The position numbers and the translations under genes were made by a program. Source: a virus (Duplodnaviria > Caudoviricetes). From it: a DNA stretch of 57,801 nt. Positions 55,022 through 57,801 of this stretch are shown piece by piece (position 1 is the first letter of the stretch; each line of letters opens with the position of its first letter). Where the stretch lies: IMG/VR virus record IMGVR_UViG_3300032080_000129, positions 1-57,801 of that record. One strand, written 5' to 3'. The notes below the pieces were generated by a model. The model was given only the letters and a program-made list of their open reading frames with translations. It was not told where the DNA came from and ran no database searches.

Positions 55022-55681
55022 TTACCTGGGCATGGACGGCGACTCGAAGGCCAGTGCCCCAGACGTAGCCGTGAAGGTCGGCGTGCCGTCGTCCTCGCCT
55101 CGCTCATGCCTCCGGACGATGGAGGCGGCTTTGATCCCCTGCGCTCGCTCTAGCGTCTCGGCTTGCAGATCCCGCAGTTCTTTCCAGCCCTGCTCATCCA
55201 GCTCCAAAGGCACCCAGCTCAAGTGGCGGTCGGGGCGCTTGTCGAAGGTGCCTTGGTAGATGGCTCCCTCGGCTCGCGCTATCAGCATCTGCAAAGTCGA
55301 CCGCGAGATGCTTCGCCGCTGCTCCAGGCTCAGCGCCTTGAAGTCCTCGTCGGTATGAAGCGCCAGCATTTTGCTTCGGTAGACGTGCTCGCTGGCGCCG
55401 CGTCTCGGGATGGTCTGGGTCAAGACGATGCAGTCGGCTTTCGCAAGCTCCTTGAAGTGATACGCGATGTGCGAGAGCGCGTTTTTCTCGTCCCCTTCGA
55501 AGTCGAAGCCGGGCGGCAGTAGTCCGCGCCGGAGGAACTGGATCGGGCTGAGGTCGCCTTCGCAGAGAGCTTCCAGAATTCGGACGCGGATCGGGTGTTT
55601 CAGCGCTTGGCAGACCGACTGCTCATTGGGGGAGCGCCTGTCCGCTCGACTCTTTCCAGCCTTCTGTGACCCCTGGTTCAT
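55022..55681 (-). CDS. ArsR-like winged-HTH regulator with C-terminal domain (copy 2)
   Basis: ALKHPIRVRIL..LSP..AYH..L..C; GTFDKRPDRHLSW..LDEQGW; AGGAGG RBS before ATG 55681. Confidence 0.85.
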   Translation of the reverse strand: MNQGSQKAGKSRADRRSPNEQSVCQALKHPIRVRILEALCEGDLSPIQFLRRGLLPPGFDFEGDEKNALSHIAYHFKELAKADCIVLTQTIPRRGASEHVYRSKMLALHTDEDFKALSLEQRRSISRSTLQMLIARAEGAIYQGTFDKRPDRHLSWVPLELDEQGWKELRDLQAETLERAQGIKAASIVRRHERGEDDGTPTFTATSGALAFESPSMPR

Positions 55682-55773
55682 ACAGCCCCTCCTGAGCACT
55701 TCAATCGTTTAGATCGCGAGAACCTATCCGATTGTGCGGTTGAGTTAAACGCTATTTGCGGCCGGGGTCTTAG

Positions 55774-55813
55774 TTAGTAGAACCACTTCTATTAGTAGAG
55801 GTAGTTCTATTAA
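55774..55813. promoter_or_regulatory. Tandem 18-bp palindromic repeats
   Basis: TTAGTAGAACCACTTCTA|TTAGTAGAGGTAGTTCTA|TTAA. Confidence 0.65.
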
Positions 55814-55853
55814 CAGCCGGGTTCCCCAGACGACGGGAAGGGGGTGAACTCGG

Positions 55854-55913
55854 ATGAAGATCATCGGCAGCGTGCCGGTCCACCCGGCCGCGTCCATCAA
55901 CAAGGGGGGCTGA
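55854..55913 (+). CDS. 19-aa peptide MKIIGSVPVHPAASINKGG
   Basis: AAGGGGGTGA RBS 6 nt upstream; homologous to the 22840 peptide; followed by GC hairpins. Confidence 0.72.
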   Translation: MKIIGSVPVHPAASINKGG

Positions 55914-56038
55914 CCCTCCCCAGCCCTTTAGGTGGCCCCGGCGCTCGATTCGGGCCGGGGTCGCCATGTGAAGTCGAATCTGAGGCAGGGGGCTTGGCGA
56001 CCGCCCCTGAGGACGCGCCGCCTGCTCTCGTTGGCTTG

Positions 56039-56575
56039 CTAGGCGAGGGAGCGCTCGCGTGCCATCTCTACGCCCCATTCAATGTCTTCGAGTGAGGGCG
56101 GCTCTTGCGAGATGAACACCGAGTGATACGGGATCTCCTCGCCCTCTACGGTCAGTTCGTAACCGGGGAAGGCGTGGGAGAGATTGCGGAGGTCCGTCGC
56201 GTCTTCATCCCAATGCTTCTGGATGACTTCATCGACAAGGGCCAGTTGATCGCTGGTCATCCAGTCGATCTGGGCCTTGCGCTTGGCGACGATCCTCCTC
56301 TGTCTGTACATGTACCTGCCGACCTCTTGAATCTCGATTGATCCCGAGTCCTTGAGGTCGCGCTCAGCGAGCAACTGCTCATCGGCGAGCGGCCCGTGAG
56401 GCTTCTTTCGGTAGCACGCGCCAGTGATTGACTCGCCGAACTCGGCATGGGCGCCGAAGTCGCTGAGGAACAGCAACTTGGCGAGCTTGACGCGCCCGAA
56501 ACGGGGATCGTCGCTCGACCTCTCAGCGAGGTAGAGGATCAACTCCCGCGTCTTCTGTATGGATTCTTTAGTCAT
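56039..56575 (-). CDS. Panacea (DUF4065/SocA-like) domain protein
   Basis: LILYL, KLAKLLFLSDF, SITG..Y.K.PHGP, L.NLSH. Confidence 0.85.
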   Translation of the reverse strand: MTKESIQKTRELILYLAERSSDDPRFGRVKLAKLLFLSDFGAHAEFGESITGACYRKKPHGPLADEQLLAERDLKDSGSIEIQEVGRYMYRQRRIVAKRKAQIDWMTSDQLALVDEVIQKHWDEDATDLRNLSHAFPGYELTVEGEEIPYHSVFISQEPPSLEDIEWGVEMARERSLA

Positions 56576-56762
56576 TAAACCCCCACATCTGGATCTTTTG
56601 TTTTGTACCACACTGATGCTAGCGGACACTGCGGGCGGGCTTAGCAAAGATCCCGCTTGACGCAGGAGGCATTTCTCGCGGCGCCGCCGATGCCGTCCGA
56701 AGGCGTGAGTACAACATGGCCTGTTCCTGTCGTCCGCTTTCGGGATCGACGCTTCAGGTAGG

Positions 56763-56800
56763 CCCCTCCGGCGGGACCCGGGGGGGTCTACTTCTTTTTG
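56763..56800 (+). terminator. Intrinsic terminator-like hairpin
   Basis: CCCCTCCGG...CCGGGGGGG followed by CTTCTTTTT. Confidence 0.5.
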
Positions 56801-57147
56801 GGCTCTACAAGCTGGCTTGGTATCTCCACTTCAAGTTTGTGGCACCGCGGATAGCGGACCCAGACGACAGCTTGCTGGTGGTCGCTTCTTCCCTGATGAT
56901 CAATCGTAAAAAGAAGGCCGTGAAAGAAGCCGTCGATAGCGTCGTCACCCAGGTTGCGCCGACGCTGAACTACGAGTCGTCCTTCCTGCCGGCCCTGTGC
57001 GATCCCTGTCTCCAGGTAGCCGACTACTGCACTTGGGCGCTCCAGCGGAAGTACGAGCAACTGGAAGACTCCCGCTCCTACGATCTCGTCAAGCATCTGA
57101 TCCGGTCGGAGTGGGAGCCGTTTCGCCTCGGCACTCGGCGCTACTAA
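56800..57147 (+). pseudogene. 5'-truncated DUF3800-like gene
   Basis: C-terminal LQVADYCTWALQRKYE (QxxD) present; N-terminal DES motif and start absent. Confidence 0.7.
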
Positions 57148-57154
57148 AGGGGCC

Positions 57155-57226
57155 GGAGAGGCCCGGACTGGCTAGCCGTTAGGCAGAGCCCCCAGGACCC
57201 TTTCGCCAGCGTGGGAATCACTCTCC
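57155..57226 (+). ncRNA. Candidate structured RNA 3' of the DUF3800-like gene
   Basis: Nested pairings GGAGAG/CTCTCC, CTGGC/GCCAG, GCC-GTTA-GGC. Confidence 0.35.
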
Positions 57227-57279
57227 GTACCAAAAGGTAGTCAATGCATCGGCGGAAAGCCAGCCAATTTTAGGGGTTC

Positions 57280-57528
57280 CTAATCCAGCAGCGCCGCAAT
57301 CTCTTCCAGAGACCAGATGTGATCAGCAACGCCGGCAGCCATTGCCGGGGTGCGCGGGTAGCGCTCCTTCAACGTCCTGTGCGGGCGAGCGAAGTTGTAG
57401 TGCATGAAGTGGAGGCTGACCGCGTGGGCCAGGTTCTCGACTTTGCGGCTGAAGCCATTGGTGAGCCGCGTGAACCGCCGCATCCCCATCCGCATGGTCA
57501 GGTTCTGGCGCTCGACGTAGCTGGTTGA
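57280..57528 (-). mobile_element. IS1-family transposase C-terminal remnant
   Basis: STSYVERQNLTMRMGMRRFTRLTNGFSRK.ENL..AV.LHFMHYNF.R.H..L...TPAMAAG. Confidence 0.85.
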
Positions 57529-57801
57529 GTAGAAGTCACAGGCATCGGCGATGGCCTTCACTAGCTCGCGGGGGTCGGCTTCCAGCCCCGTCATCACCCT
57601 CACGACCGTGTCCAGCCTGGGGCAGGAATCGCCTCGCTCCATGCGCGAGATCTCGGCCTGGTGGACGGACAGCCTCTCGGCGAACTGTTCCTGATTCTGC
57701 CCCGCTCGCCGGCGTGCGTTGAAAACGAAGCGGCCGAACTCCGCTGCCGCCGCCGCCCGATATCGCTGATTCCCATCGGGCTCAATACCCTCTGCCTGCA
57801 T
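57529..57801 (-). CDS. XRE HTH domain fused in frame to the transposase remnant
   Basis: FG.....RRRAGQNQEQFAERLSVHQAEISRMERG...PRLDTV. Confidence 0.75.

Larger units (their letters stand above)
1..56800. mobile_element. Temperate prophage (siphovirus-like), apparently complete; att sites not identified
   Basis: Integrase/xis, cI/cro, recombination, terminase, portal, capsid, tail, tape measure and endolysin genes in coherent operons. The right boundary is inferred from a junction with a truncated gene near 56800. Confidence 0.93.

Noticed and set aside
56716-56799. Start of the 143-aa ORF
   Set aside because: Translates a GC hairpin and T tract; not part of the recognisable domain

Overview
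High-GC window almost entirely occupied by an apparently complete temperate siphovirus-like prophage (about 1-56.8 kb), nearly all on the minus strand. From right to left the order is: Panacea-domain gene, wHTH regulator, tRNA-Met, terminases, portal, MuF, tRNA-Ser, scaffold, capsid, head-tail, tail, tape measure, minor tails, lysis, a second wHTH regulator, cI/cro switch, recombination/replication genes, a long array of small accessory genes, xis and tyrosine integrase. The actinobacterial IHF-like gene, the TetR type and the wHTH family suggest an actinobacterial host, probably Thermoleophilia/Solirubrobacterales (inference from recalled family resemblance). The last kb holds a truncated DUF3800-like gene and an IS1-family transposase remnant. 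Best candidate for an undescribed system: two paralogous wHTH regulators. Each is divergently paired with an unannotated 19-codon peptide gene that has the same AAGGGGGTGA ribosome-binding site, a shared VxPAxxIxKxG C-terminus and 18-bp-period repeats in the intergenic DNA. One pair sits beside the immunity switch and the other at the head of the late operon. A second, unrelated pair of homologous 20-21-codon peptide units flanks an ATPase moron. All family calls come from motif recognition by eye; no database searches were run.
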